Virus record (IMG/VR): IMGVR_UViG_3300042898_002099
Strand: one strand, 5' to 3'
Origin: a virus
Length of the DNA stretch: 64,000 bases
The position numbers and the translations under genes are program-made. The notes beneath the pieces were generated by a model. It worked only from the letters and a program-made list of their open reading frames with translations, ran no database searches and was not told where the DNA came from. Within the stretch, counting starts at the first letter, position 1, and every line of letters begins with the position of its first letter. Of this stretch, positions 45,917 to 55,727 are shown one piece after another.

Positions 45917-46364
45917 ATTTTCCTTCTAAGTATTTTTCATTTTCTACCCATTTGCTGTCAACCAAGAAACCCCATTCTCTTGTTTGCTTACCAGGCATAA
46001 ACAATGTCCAACATTCGATATCTGGATCTAATTCTATACGATGATATGAAGTAGCGCTACAAGTTCTAAAATGACCAGGTTTTCTCCAACGAGCAATTTC
46101 ACTAATTTTTTTATTATTAGAATCAAAGATAGGTACCCACTCGTAGTATCCACCTTTAAGTATTATTGTTGCATATGGCCAGGGATGATCATGAACATCA
46201 TCAGGATCACCCTTTAAAAATTTATGCAGGAAGATATTAAACGGAAACTTTTTTCTATCTTTGAGGAAAAGATAATAGCGTTCGAGATATGGTTCGTTAT
46301 TTACACGATCCATAATAATTCTTTTTCTGTCTAATTTTTCTAAAATATTCAAAAACCACTTCAT
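45903..46364 (-). CDS. Cupin-like protein
   Basis: HDHPW..GGYYE..HRIEL..WGF. Confidence 0.7.
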   Translation of the reverse strand: MKWFLNILEKLDRKRIIMDRVNNEPYLERYYLFLKDRKKFPFNIFLHKFLKGDPDDVHDHPWPYATIILKGGYYEWVPIFDSNNKKISEIARWRKPGHFRTCSATSYHRIELDPDIECWTLFMPGKQTREWGFLVDSKWVENEKYLEGKYERK

Positions 46365-46379
46365 ATTAAATCCTACTAT

Positions 46380-46571
46380 TTACCAATGATGTATTACATT
46401 TATAATAATGAATAAGCACGTTACTATATGTATTGCTACCCAGAATGTTTTTAGGAATAATGCAATTTTTGCTTCTCGTAATGTAAGGATAGGAACATCT
46501 GGTCTATCATCATCGGTATTGCCCATCAGATGACCAGTTGCTCTTGCCCAGATTTTTTCTAAACTATTCAT
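46380..46571 (-). CDS. Small membrane protein
   Basis: C-terminal TM helix. Confidence 0.65.
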   Translation of the reverse strand: MNSLEKIWARATGHLMGNTDDDRPDVPILTLREAKIALFLKTFWVAIHIVTCLFIIINVIHHW

Positions 46572-46740
46572 TAGAATCTTTTTTTATCCACGGGGGTATA
46601 TGGGCTAATGCCATTACTAGCCACATTAATGGCATCTCTAAGTGTAGTCCGCCGCAATGACTTGGGTTTGAGTAAGATACTGCGGCTAATATAACGCATA
46701 GTGGCGTTATTGACTTGTTCAATATTTGTAACATTAACAT
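46564..46740 (-). CDS. Small membrane protein (not in ORF track)
   Basis: MLMLQILNKSITPLCVILAAVSYSNPSHCGGLHLEMPLMWLVMALAHIPPW.. fills the gap. Confidence 0.55.
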   Translation of the reverse strand: MLMLQILNKSITPLCVILAAVSYSNPSHCGGLHLEMPLMWLVMALAHIPPWIKKDSNE

Positions 46741-46749
46741 TCTTTATTA

Positions 46750-47439
46750 TTATTTCCTGTCACCAAACAGTTGCAATAGGTTAATAAACAAGTTAATGAA
46801 GTCCATGTATAAAGTTAATGCTCCACGCACCTCTGCGCTATCGCTAGTTTCTATACTAAGTTCTTCACGAATCTTTTGTGTGTCGTATGCTGTTAGTCCC
46901 AAAAATATAATAATTGCCAATGCGCTAATAACCATTTGCATTACAGTGCTACCGATAAAAATATTGACTATACTAGCAATAATGATAGCAATTAATCCAA
47001 CAAACATAAATTTGCCAAGACTATCTAGACTTTGTTTAGTAAAGTAACCATAGCCACTCATAACACCGAATAGGATTGCTGCACCCATAAAAGCACTGAC
47101 AATACTACCCATAGTAAACACAGCAAAGATCATTGCAAAGCTCAATCCCATTAATGCCGCAAAACCATGTAGACATAACTGGGCTACACCTTTGCTAGGA
47201 TTTCTACCTAACACATAGCTAACACCAAAGATCGCTACCAGAGGTGAAAAGATTACAATCCACTTTAGTATACCCGTAAAAAAGAATTGTAGTAACTCTG
47301 GGTTAGTGCCCACAAAATAACTAATAAACATTGATACCATAACAGCAAGACTCATATGTCCGTAGACACGGCCCATTGCTGAGTTAATTTCACTTGCAGA
47401 ACGATATGTCATTCCGCCTGTATAGTTTGTTCCAAACAT
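46750..47439 (-). CDS. Bax inhibitor-1/YccA family membrane protein
   Basis: Seven TMs, TAYDTQKI, ALTLYMDFINLF. Confidence 0.9.
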   Translation of the reverse strand: MFGTNYTGGMTYRSASEINSAMGRVYGHMSLAVMVSMFISYFVGTNPELLQFFFTGILKWIVIFSPLVAIFGVSYVLGRNPSKGVAQLCLHGFAALMGLSFAMIFAVFTMGSIVSAFMGAAILFGVMSGYGYFTKQSLDSLGKFMFVGLIAIIIASIVNIFIGSTVMQMVISALAIIIFLGLTAYDTQKIREELSIETSDSAEVRGALTLYMDFINLFINLLQLFGDRK

Positions 47440-47452
47440 TTTGTTTGTTCCT

Positions 47453-48037
47453 TTAAATATCTTTTAATAAAAATCCCAATCTATCTCCTGCAGGGCTAGA
47501 GTAAAACTCGTCACGCCAAACAGGTATAATAGTATTGGCATTGTGATTAACAAAATCATCATTGTATCTAAAATGCACTTCAATAATACGGTCACCTATT
47601 ACTTCTACATTGAACCAGGGATATCGATCTGCAACAGTTTGCAGTATCTCTGGCAATTTAAAGTCCATATCAATTTTTGTCCAACGACTAAATCTATCTA
47701 GGCGCATTGGATCATTTCTAAATCCCTCAACCGCTAGCGTTTGTTTGCCCCAATGGTAATCAAAACTTAAATGACGACCAGTAAACACCTCACACCAGAA
47801 ATAACCATCTGGAATTGAATCTGAATCTAGGTATTGTATTGTTGCGCCTACTGACATCATTTTTAGATTTACAATAGGGCGCACCACATACTTACCCGGA
47901 ACAGTGGGTGCTATACCTGCAGGACCACATTCATATCCTAACTTCTTTGATAGAATTAATTTATCTATACACCAAAGATCATCTAAGGATATACTGTCAA
48001 ATACATCTATATCACCAATCTGAAGTACAGCTGTCAT
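47453..48037 (-). CDS. ATP-grasp-like hypothetical protein
   Basis: VVRP, WCE.F.G, NVE..IIEVHFR. Confidence 0.55.
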   Translation of the reverse strand: MTAVLQIGDIDVFDSISLDDLWCIDKLILSKKLGYECGPAGIAPTVPGKYVVRPIVNLKMMSVGATIQYLDSDSIPDGYFWCEVFTGRHLSFDYHWGKQTLAVEGFRNDPMRLDRFSRWTKIDMDFKLPEILQTVADRYPWFNVEVIGDRIIEVHFRYNDDFVNHNANTIIPVWRDEFYSSPAGDRLGFLLKDI

Positions 48038-48044
48038 TTATAAA

Positions 48045-48521
48045 TTATTCAAATTCGTTATCTTCTCTGTGACCGACTCTCATTGCCATGTTTGCATCTG
48101 TTTCTCGTACTTCAACCTTACTGCACCAGACTCGTTCTGCTTCGGCTTTGCCATACATTGGGAGAAAGATAGTATTAATATACTCATAAAGAAAATCAGA
48201 AATCCCCTCACAACCTGTCTTCTCCACTTCTGTAATTTTTGCTAATTTTAATCTGCCTAATTCAAGCAAATGTTCTCGCATAGGATCATCCTGTGCGACT
48301 AATAGAGTATGGTCAAACCAATCCTCTAATTTTTCTTTTAATGGTTTAAGTCCACCAAAATCCATACACCAATTACGAGCATCCAATGTGTCACATTCAA
48401 ATTCAAAATGAAATGATAGTGCATATCCATGAACTAGATTACAATGACTATCAGCTCTCCATTGTCTGTATGCTACGGGACCTATTTGTTTATATGTTTT
48501 TGTTGAGATATATTTTGCCAT
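48045..48521 (-). CDS. queD: 6-carboxytetrahydropterin synthase QueD
   Basis: SHCNLVHGY, MDFG, FDH, VRET. Confidence 0.88.
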   Translation of the reverse strand: MAKYISTKTYKQIGPVAYRQWRADSHCNLVHGYALSFHFEFECDTLDARNWCMDFGGLKPLKEKLEDWFDHTLLVAQDDPMREHLLELGRLKLAKITEVEKTGCEGISDFLYEYINTIFLPMYGKAEAERVWCSKVEVRETDANMAMRVGHREDNEFE

Positions 48522-48561
48522 CTCTTGCCTCTCTGAGTAAGTTTGATGGCATGCAGAATAT

Positions 48562-49593
48562 TTAGAGAGGGGTGAATGCCGGAGACCTCTTTGTCATTTT
48601 CTGAAAAGCCCTAGAATCATACCAATCGAATAAATCTTCGATAATTTTATCTAAGTTACATTCCGGCTTCCAAGAAGTTTCAGATTGTAATTTTTCAGAA
48701 TTTGCAATTAATATTGCAGGATCACCATTACGGCGAGGTGCAACATTGAAAACAATGCCGTTGTTAATTCTTTCTTGATCTATTAAAAAGGTTTCTGTTT
48801 TAACAAATACTTCAAGATTAGAATATCCTTTGACTGAACCTATATTATATATGCCTTTGATATTATTCTCAATAGCTAAGATGTGTGCTTTGGCAATATC
48901 CGTGACATGAATATAATCTCTGATACAGGTTTTATCTTTTGTCGGATAATCTATACCATACATTGTAAATGGTTCATCGTTTAGCGCTGCTTCAAAAATT
49001 TTAGCAAAAATATGAGTAGCATTTGGTTCTTGACCGTGTGTGCCACCTTCAACCGCACCGCAAGCATTGAAATATCTAAATGATACATACTGCAAACCAT
49101 ATGCCTTATTGTGCCAATTAAGCATCATCTCAGTCATTAGTTTGGATTCACCATATGGCGATATTGGATTAGTATCTGATTTTTCAAATAGCATATGACT
49201 TTTTTCAGGGTCGCCATACACCGAAGCACTGCTACTAAAAATGAATTTTGTACCTGGAGAATATTTGGTAATATATTCCAAATACTTTGCAGTTTTAGCA
49301 ACATTATTTTCATAATATTCTATTGGGTCAGACATGCTTGGGCCAACCAAACTAGTACCAGCACAATGAATAATTGCATCAGGTATATTATCAGCTATAC
49401 AGTTTAATGATTTAGTATCAATAAAATCGCATTGAATGAATTCATCATAGTATGATTCTAAGTGAGAACTAACCCGCCTGTCGACACCAACTACTCTATA
49501 GCCTTGTTTCTTAAGTTCAATACAAATAGCGCCACCGATATAACCGGCGGCACCTGTGACTATAACTGTTTTAATATTTTGCTGCTGGGACAT
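48562..49593 (-). CDS. galE: UDP-glucose 4-epimerase-like SDR
   Basis: TGAAGYIG, SSSASVYG, YGESK, RYFNACG, RDYIHV. Confidence 0.88.
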   Translation of the reverse strand: MSQQQNIKTVIVTGAAGYIGGAICIELKKQGYRVVGVDRRVSSHLESYYDEFIQCDFIDTKSLNCIADNIPDAIIHCAGTSLVGPSMSDPIEYYENNVAKTAKYLEYITKYSPGTKFIFSSSASVYGDPEKSHMLFEKSDTNPISPYGESKLMTEMMLNWHNKAYGLQYVSFRYFNACGAVEGGTHGQEPNATHIFAKIFEAALNDEPFTMYGIDYPTKDKTCIRDYIHVTDIAKAHILAIENNIKGIYNIGSVKGYSNLEVFVKTETFLIDQERINNGIVFNVAPRRNGDPAILIANSEKLQSETSWKPECNLDKIIEDLFDWYDSRAFQKMTKRSPAFTPL

Positions 49594-50743
49594 GATCTCT
49601 GTAATCCTTACCACCTCGCCACCAATGTGATCCTTCGGCATTGAACATAATATCTATACAACGATCAATAGTATTAGATGTCCAAGTAGCTAATTTGCCT
49701 AGATTGGCTCGCTCTTGAAACAATAAACTATTTAGTTTAAACACTGCATCATCTTGTGACCATGGAATGTAAAGACATTCACGATCATTGGCAAATGTTT
49801 CAGGGAATGATCTATACGCAGGGTACAAACAATTTGTACCTAGTGCATCTGCTTCTGATGCCGTATTACTTACCCAATCTTGTAATGCACAATTAAATAA
49901 TACTCGGGAATCACCTAACAACTCATAGTATTCATTCTTTTTAAGATTCTCATAGATTTTAAAATTATGAGTCTTTTCCAATGCTCGCGCGCGATCCAAA
50001 TACTTTTGATTGTTACTACGTAAAGGACCGCCTGATAAAACAGCAAATTCTACAGCAGGATTAAGTGTATGGTATCTTTCAATTAGATCCATAAAGAAAT
50101 CAGGTTGTTTTTCTTGATCGAATCTTGCCGCAAACACTACACGAAGTTTGCGCTCATTAAAAGGAATCTGTTTCACTACACGACTGCGAACTTCATCTTT
50201 GTCAAATGCCAAACCAGAGATATTAAAGATTGGTGCTTCCCAACCTGCAATTTTCATATGAGCAACCATCTCTTCGTTAGATGCAAGTACACCTGTAACA
50301 AATTGGTCTGTCATTTTCTCATATAGACCCATCCACTTCTGCATATCCCATACGTGAACGAAATCATCTGGATCAATAGATTGTGCAAGGCAACGAACAA
50401 ATATTCGAGGCTGATACTCATAACTTACTTGATCCATAATATAAGGCAATGCCTCAATACCAGGAGTAAACATATCTTCAAAAAAGATTGTATCTTCGTA
50501 TGTAATTTCACCAGCTTTCATCTTCTTAATAAGATTAGCCATCTGTGTCAGCGAATAATAACTACGACCGTGTGCATCAAGCACTTGTCCTGTTACAATT
50601 GCTTTAGAGTCATCTAAAATATCACCATGAATTACTTCATAATCAATACCTCGGCGCTTAAATGCTGCCTCACTCCAATGCTGAAGCTGCAAGGTATAAC
50701 GACCTTCATACGGCTCCAAACCCATATAATATAATTTTCCCAT
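49571..50743 (-). CDS. GT-B fold glycosyltransferase
   Basis: VVFAARFDQEKQP and SEADALG GT4-like C-terminal motifs. Confidence 0.75.
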   Translation of the reverse strand: MGKLYYMGLEPYEGRYTLQLQHWSEAAFKRRGIDYEVIHGDILDDSKAIVTGQVLDAHGRSYYSLTQMANLIKKMKAGEITYEDTIFFEDMFTPGIEALPYIMDQVSYEYQPRIFVRCLAQSIDPDDFVHVWDMQKWMGLYEKMTDQFVTGVLASNEEMVAHMKIAGWEAPIFNISGLAFDKDEVRSRVVKQIPFNERKLRVVFAARFDQEKQPDFFMDLIERYHTLNPAVEFAVLSGGPLRSNNQKYLDRARALEKTHNFKIYENLKKNEYYELLGDSRVLFNCALQDWVSNTASEADALGTNCLYPAYRSFPETFANDRECLYIPWSQDDAVFKLNSLLFQERANLGKLATWTSNTIDRCIDIMFNAEGSHWWRGGKDYRDHVPAAKY

Positions 50744-50745
50744 TA

Positions 50746-51144
50746 TCAATCCCTAGTAAAATACATTCTGCAACCGTTTTCGCCATCTTCTGAGACTTCG
50801 ATTACATAATCTCGATCAGGCCACTGAGCAATTAATTTTGCGTGTAAATCTTTAGCAATCATCTCACAAGATTTGTGATTCAATTGCAATGTGTCTTCAT
50901 TATACCAGCGTTCAATAGTACGCTTTGCTTGTATAAATTCAACATCCCTATCATCATGAAACACTTCCATCTCAACACGGAAATGAAAAATGTGTCTATG
51001 CAAGTCTGCAAGGAAAGACACATCTAGCCAATGATCATCTGGTTTACCAAAACGCTTTGTTGCTAATTTCGGATCCGTTGCCGCTGCTGGGTAACGATGA
51101 ATACCTTCCTTCTGAAAGGTAACAAAAATAAAACTCTTGTTCAT
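50746..51144 (-). CDS. QueD paralog, DpdL-like
   Basis: LADLHRHIF (LxxxHRHxF), DRDVEF, SCE, VSEDGENG. Confidence 0.7.
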   Translation of the reverse strand: MNKSFIFVTFQKEGIHRYPAAATDPKLATKRFGKPDDHWLDVSFLADLHRHIFHFRVEMEVFHDDRDVEFIQAKRTIERWYNEDTLQLNHKSCEMIAKDLHAKLIAQWPDRDYVIEVSEDGENGCRMYFTRD

Positions 51145-52430
51145 GCAAATAAGTCCTCAAGTGTTGATGGGGCTACCTCGCTAACAGGTTCTGAATCCAT
51201 AAACCTGCCAACGTTCTTTTCCCAATAAAGAAAATCATCAGTGTTTTTCACATCGAATAATGTTGAAAATTCGTTCTCACAATTTTTATCTCTGCAGAAT
51301 CTTAAAAATTCTTCTTTAGAATTCATAAGTGTACTAACATCTAATGTGAAGTTATGCACATTAGTTAAGATAAATGCAAGTCTGGCTCTCATAACATCTA
51401 CAAATTTGCCGCCATTTTCAAGATATTCGCCTACAGAAATATTCATTAATTTATGATAATTTTCTGCGGTATATTCTGTGCCACACACAGCATTAATTTC
51501 TGCAACAACTGTTCTATAGATATTTGAAAATGGTCTTCCCATTTTTACAGATGAGCCACCATAATCACCGGGATTCTTTTTCTTGCTATGTGAAAAATAA
51601 AACAATCCATTATCTAAAGACATAGAATGTGTTGTCGAATCATATGAAATATCAATGCCATCATATAAGCCAGTTTGACTAAACAACAAATATGGCAAGA
51701 TACGTTTTAATGCACCTACACCCAATACGTGTAGATGAAATGGTCTTTCAAATGGTACAGCATTAACAAAGAATGCTCGCTTAACATCTTCAAGTGGTCC
51801 CATACCTAGAGCAGCTGATCCCATAGCTACACCACCAATACGATGATGTAATTCTTTTGGAATCTCATCAAGCATTGCCTCGCCCCATAACTTATAAGTT
51901 TCTTGACCTGAACCTTGAATAATAACAAACGGTCTGCAAGAACTTTTCATATCATCAAATCTTTGAATTTGTTCTAATACATTTTTACCAGTTTGTCTAG
52001 CATAACTTTCAAAATTTTCCATGTCAACATATCTACGCTTAGTATCAATTTTAGATGACACACCAGATGCAGATGTAGACTTAACCGGAATCTCATCAAA
52101 TGCCATTCCTATGTCTGCGTATGTTGCTTGATTCTCAAACACCTTATTACGAGTCTCAGATGTGTTTGGTAAACCTCTAGTAATAATCTGCAAACCTCCA
52201 GAGTCGGCATGAATGTTTTTAATTACTGGTCTAAATTTTTGTAATTTTGCACCAAAGTTCTTTTCAGTAAAACCATTATACAATAAAGAAAACTGATGAT
52301 TGTTTTTATTGTGAACAGTTCTGGAAATCATGTCTTTAATCATTTCCAATGTCTCAGGGTCATTACATTGTTCTGCACCCAACCTCAGATAAGCGGGACC
52401 TGATATAACATATTCTAATTGTCTGCTCAT
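51141..52430 (-). CDS. TGT-fold guanine transglycosylase (DpdA-like)
   Basis: ADSGG, FDEIP, IIQG, HLHVLG, SYDS. Confidence 0.75.
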   Translation of the reverse strand: MSRQLEYVISGPAYLRLGAEQCNDPETLEMIKDMISRTVHNKNNHQFSLLYNGFTEKNFGAKLQKFRPVIKNIHADSGGLQIITRGLPNTSETRNKVFENQATYADIGMAFDEIPVKSTSASGVSSKIDTKRRYVDMENFESYARQTGKNVLEQIQRFDDMKSSCRPFVIIQGSGQETYKLWGEAMLDEIPKELHHRIGGVAMGSAALGMGPLEDVKRAFFVNAVPFERPFHLHVLGVGALKRILPYLLFSQTGLYDGIDISYDSTTHSMSLDNGLFYFSHSKKKNPGDYGGSSVKMGRPFSNIYRTVVAEINAVCGTEYTAENYHKLMNISVGEYLENGGKFVDVMRARLAFILTNVHNFTLDVSTLMNSKEEFLRFCRDKNCENEFSTLFDVKNTDDFLYWEKNVGRFMDSEPVSEVAPSTLEDLFA

Positions 52431-53329
52431 AAAAATAAACTTTCTAATGAAGACTTTTGTGTGTCTCCAGCTTTTTCTGTTAAATTAACTGTAATCTGTT
52501 TTAGCTTAGGATTCTTTTGCTTGAACATTCTCATCCAAGTTCCTTTTGCTACTGTATCTTGTTTAGGCAAGTTCCATATCTCTGATATAAATTTTAGACC
52601 AGATGCTGTTCTTTCCCATCTTTGTTCTGCAGTCATTCCGGTTGACCAAGTAGACTTTTCGGGAGTTGCTTGTTCTTCTTTAAAAATAATGTTATTACAG
52701 ATAAAAACACCTAGACCGTTTTGAATAAATTCAATACCAAAATTTTGATCTTCACACGGAATTAGAGTACCATCCGAATTGACAAACTTCTCATCAAAAT
52801 ATATTTCTTTATTGTGATGTTTCTTAATATTCTTAATAATTAGAATACTTGTTTTTGTCATAAATGTTGGCCTGAATCTCCATCTAATTTTATCACCTTC
52901 AGCGTTTTCTGTCAAGTCCTTTGTGAAAGGCTGATTAGCAGGATTGACAGGTAAAAACATATCTACGTCTGCAAGATTCTCAAATGGAATATTTCTGAAT
53001 GTTTGAACAAAGGTATCATTCGCCCCATACTTTTGACCAGTATAAAGGTATGTGTCGTTGTCAGCAAAAATGGCATAATCCTCATCCGAATTGTAAAATT
53101 CTTTTAAGAGGACATTTCTTGCATCACCTGGAGTTAATACTTTACCTTGGTGTTTGATATATTGAACACCATCTTCGTATTGTTCTTCTTTGTAATTTTG
53201 AGCAAACACTACAGGCTGAAGATCATTTTTCTTAACCCAATCTAATTGCCGTTTGTGTATTTCTGCACGTCTAGCATTTGTGCTATCAGGGCCGAACCAT
53301 GATATAATGTAGCATTTCTCAAACTTCAT
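52427..53329 (-). CDS. GT-A fold glycosyltransferase-like protein
   Basis: GDARNVLL, FADND, CEDQNF. Confidence 0.6.
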   Translation of the reverse strand: MKFEKCYIISWFGPDSTNARRAEIHKRQLDWVKKNDLQPVVFAQNYKEEQYEDGVQYIKHQGKVLTPGDARNVLLKEFYNSDEDYAIFADNDTYLYTGQKYGANDTFVQTFRNIPFENLADVDMFLPVNPANQPFTKDLTENAEGDKIRWRFRPTFMTKTSILIIKNIKKHHNKEIYFDEKFVNSDGTLIPCEDQNFGIEFIQNGLGVFICNNIIFKEEQATPEKSTWSTGMTAEQRWERTASGLKFISEIWNLPKQDTVAKGTWMRMFKQKNPKLKQITVNLTEKAGDTQKSSLESLFL

Positions 53330-53839
53330 TTACTCACCTAGCATTTTAATCAAGTGTTTTGTCTGATGCATAGCATCGTCAAGAGCATTATGGTAAACGC
53401 CTTCTCGTTCGTCAGCAGGAATCCAATTGAATAATGCCTTTACTGTACGATAACATCTATCATCCCAGCATTTCCATGGTGGTTCTCTGTCTGTAATAAA
53501 GTAGGCATTTGATAAAATTGTATTATCAAAGACAGCACCGTTGCCCCAAACAGGCAAACTCTTAGGACCAAACCATTCCTCAAAATCATCTAATGCTTGA
53601 TTCAAAGGAATGTTATTACGAGTAAGTTCTCGCAAAGCTTCTTTATTTTGCTCCGACCACCATTTGATAGTTTCTTTAGAAACATGCATACCTACATCTT
53701 TGCAGGTTTTAAGATCAATGGTGCAATAGAAGGTATCTAAAATTTCTTTACCTTCAAATTTTACTGCACCAATTGAACAGATAGCGGCATTTGATCTTGT
53801 TGACATTGTCTCCAAGTCAACCATTACATTAACTGTCAT
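53330..53839 (-). CDS. DEDDh 3'-5' exonuclease (DexA-like)
   Basis: VDLET, WGNGAVFD, HNALDDA. Confidence 0.88.
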   Translation of the reverse strand: MTVNVMVDLETMSTRSNAAICSIGAVKFEGKEILDTFYCTIDLKTCKDVGMHVSKETIKWWSEQNKEALRELTRNNIPLNQALDDFEEWFGPKSLPVWGNGAVFDNTILSNAYFITDREPPWKCWDDRCYRTVKALFNWIPADEREGVYHNALDDAMHQTKHLIKMLGE

Positions 53840-54516
53840 TTACATCCTTGTCTTGCAATCTGATAAAATTCATTTCTAACTTCTGGGTGATTTTTAAATC
53901 CGCCACCTAAACGAACTGTTACTGTAGAACTACCTGTATCTTCAACGCCTCTAGATTTGACACAATAGTGTTGTGCATCAATTAATACAGCAACATCTTC
54001 AGTATCAAGAATATATTGTAGTGTGTGGAAAATTTGTTCTGTTAGTCGTTCTTGAATCTGTGGTCGCTTGCTGAAATATTCTACAATACGATTAATTTTA
54101 GATAGACCAAGAACTTTGTTCTTCGGAACATAAGCAACAGTTGCTAAACCATCGATAACAACAAAGTGATGTTCACAATTAGATTGAACATTAACATTGC
54201 GCTCAACAACCATTTCATTATATTTCATTTTGTTGTCAACGGTTGTGCATTTAGGGAATGCATCATAATCGAGTCCCCAAAAGATTTCGTTAACATACAT
54301 TTTAGCAACACGTTTAGGAGTCTCATTTAGACTATCGTCATCTAAGTCGAGACCTAATACCTGCATAATATGTGCAAAGCTTTTTTCAATTTCCGCAATT
54401 TTATCTTTGCGATCCATTGATATTTTAAATGTTGGTGTTTCCACTCCCATTTTAACCAAATGTTCGTGAACTTGTTGTCCCAATAATGGGTCTGTTTTTG
54501 TCTTGTTATATGACAT
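53836..54516 (-). CDS. folE: GTP cyclohydrolase I
   Basis: ETPKRVAK, CEHH, GLSK, QIQERLT, HYCVKSRG. Confidence 0.96.
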   Translation of the reverse strand: MSYNKTKTDPLLGQQVHEHLVKMGVETPTFKISMDRKDKIAEIEKSFAHIMQVLGLDLDDDSLNETPKRVAKMYVNEIFWGLDYDAFPKCTTVDNKMKYNEMVVERNVNVQSNCEHHFVVIDGLATVAYVPKNKVLGLSKINRIVEYFSKRPQIQERLTEQIFHTLQYILDTEDVAVLIDAQHYCVKSRGVEDTGSSTVTVRLGGGFKNHPEVRNEFYQIARQGCK

Positions 54517-54576
54517 TTTGAATCCTTCCTAACTCGGATATGATGATTGAAATTTGTTACCTTTGTGTAACATTAT

Positions 54577-54584
54577 TATTTATA
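54577..54584 (-). promoter_or_regulatory. T4-type late promoter TATAAATA
   Basis: Exact consensus upstream of folE. Confidence 0.75.
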
Positions 54585-55433
54585 TTAAGTGCCCCATGCA
54601 TTTTTAAATAATGGGATTTGTAATCTGTCGGAATATCTCCAACCTTTTTTCATTGCCAATTCTGCAACACTACGATTGTTCAACGAATACATTTCTTCTG
54701 TACCACCACAAGGCATAATATAAACAGCGCCACCGAAACCAGATTTGCGATATTCATTTACTGCTTGTTCTGCTTCTTCAGCATCTTCTTTAGTTGCAAC
54801 TACAAATTTAAGATATGTATTACCTAACAATTGATATTGTTGAACAACTTCTGGTCTGATTGCATCTTCCCATTTTTCACCGCTAATTGATAATTTAGGG
54901 GATACTGAAAATGTTATATTACCATAGTCTCGACCAAACCTTGTCCACTCCTGAAATAAGTATTCATCAAACTCATCAGTTATAAGTTGTGTACCATTAG
55001 TTTCAAAAGTAAGTTCTTTTAGAGCTTGCATCTTAGGATGTTCTAAAAGATCAGGATAAGCTTTTTGCCAACCCAATAAAGGCTCACCGCCTGTAATTAC
55101 AAGATGTTCGTCTCGCCATTCCTTGTACGGTAACGTATCAACAATAGCATCGGCAATCGCATCAGTAGAAAGAACGGGAGACAAATGCTTAAAACGAGGA
55201 TCCCAAGAAGCATAACTATCACAACCCGTAGACACCAAAGGTAACGATTTATATTCTGTATACTTAGAAGGGTCAACATTGTTTGCTTCATTGCTAAGTT
55301 CTCCTTTAGGCATACCAAAACCTGCACATTTAAAGTTACAACCAAATGTTCTTAAAAACACTGAGGGTACGCCCATATAGCGACCTTCACCCTGTATGCT
55401 ATAAAATAATTCTGCAATCTTAATTTTGCTCAT
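54585..55433 (-). CDS. queE: 7-carboxy-7-deazaguanine synthase (radical SAM)
   Basis: FYSIQGEG, FLRTFGCNFKC with split third Cys (GCDS), TGGEP, ETNG, VSPK. Confidence 0.92.
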   Translation of the reverse strand: MSKIKIAELFYSIQGEGRYMGVPSVFLRTFGCNFKCAGFGMPKGELSNEANNVDPSKYTEYKSLPLVSTGCDSYASWDPRFKHLSPVLSTDAIADAIVDTLPYKEWRDEHLVITGGEPLLGWQKAYPDLLEHPKMQALKELTFETNGTQLITDEFDEYLFQEWTRFGRDYGNITFSVSPKLSISGEKWEDAIRPEVVQQYQLLGNTYLKFVVATKEDAEEAEQAVNEYRKSGFGGAVYIMPCGGTEEMYSLNNRSVAELAMKKGWRYSDRLQIPLFKNAWGT

Positions 55434-55710
55434 ATTCACTTTCAAAAATAGTAGACCATTTCTTTAGTTTTTCAATTTTAGCCAATTTAGCAACACGCAA
55501 ATGTTCTAAGTCAACTACACCCATACCGCATAAAATATCTATCATAGCCAGCATGTCACCGAGCTCTTCTTCTAGATGTTCTCTATTTGTTTTGGGTTTG
55601 TTGGGTTTAAAATTGTCAATACCAAAGCGTTCGCATTTGCTAACTGCTTGTATAACTTCAGCACATTCTTCTTGCAGAATGTTAAAGACTTCTTTGATTT
55701 TTGTATTCAT
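55420..55710 (-). CDS. MazG-like NTP pyrophosphohydrolase
   Basis: EECAEVIQA..LEEELGD. Confidence 0.8.
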   Translation of the reverse strand: MNTKIKEVFNILQEECAEVIQAVSKCERFGIDNFKPNKPKTNREHLEEELGDMLAMIDILCGMGVVDLEHLRVAKLAKIEKLKKWSTIFESEYEQN

Positions 55711-55727
55711 AACGAATTATATGACAT

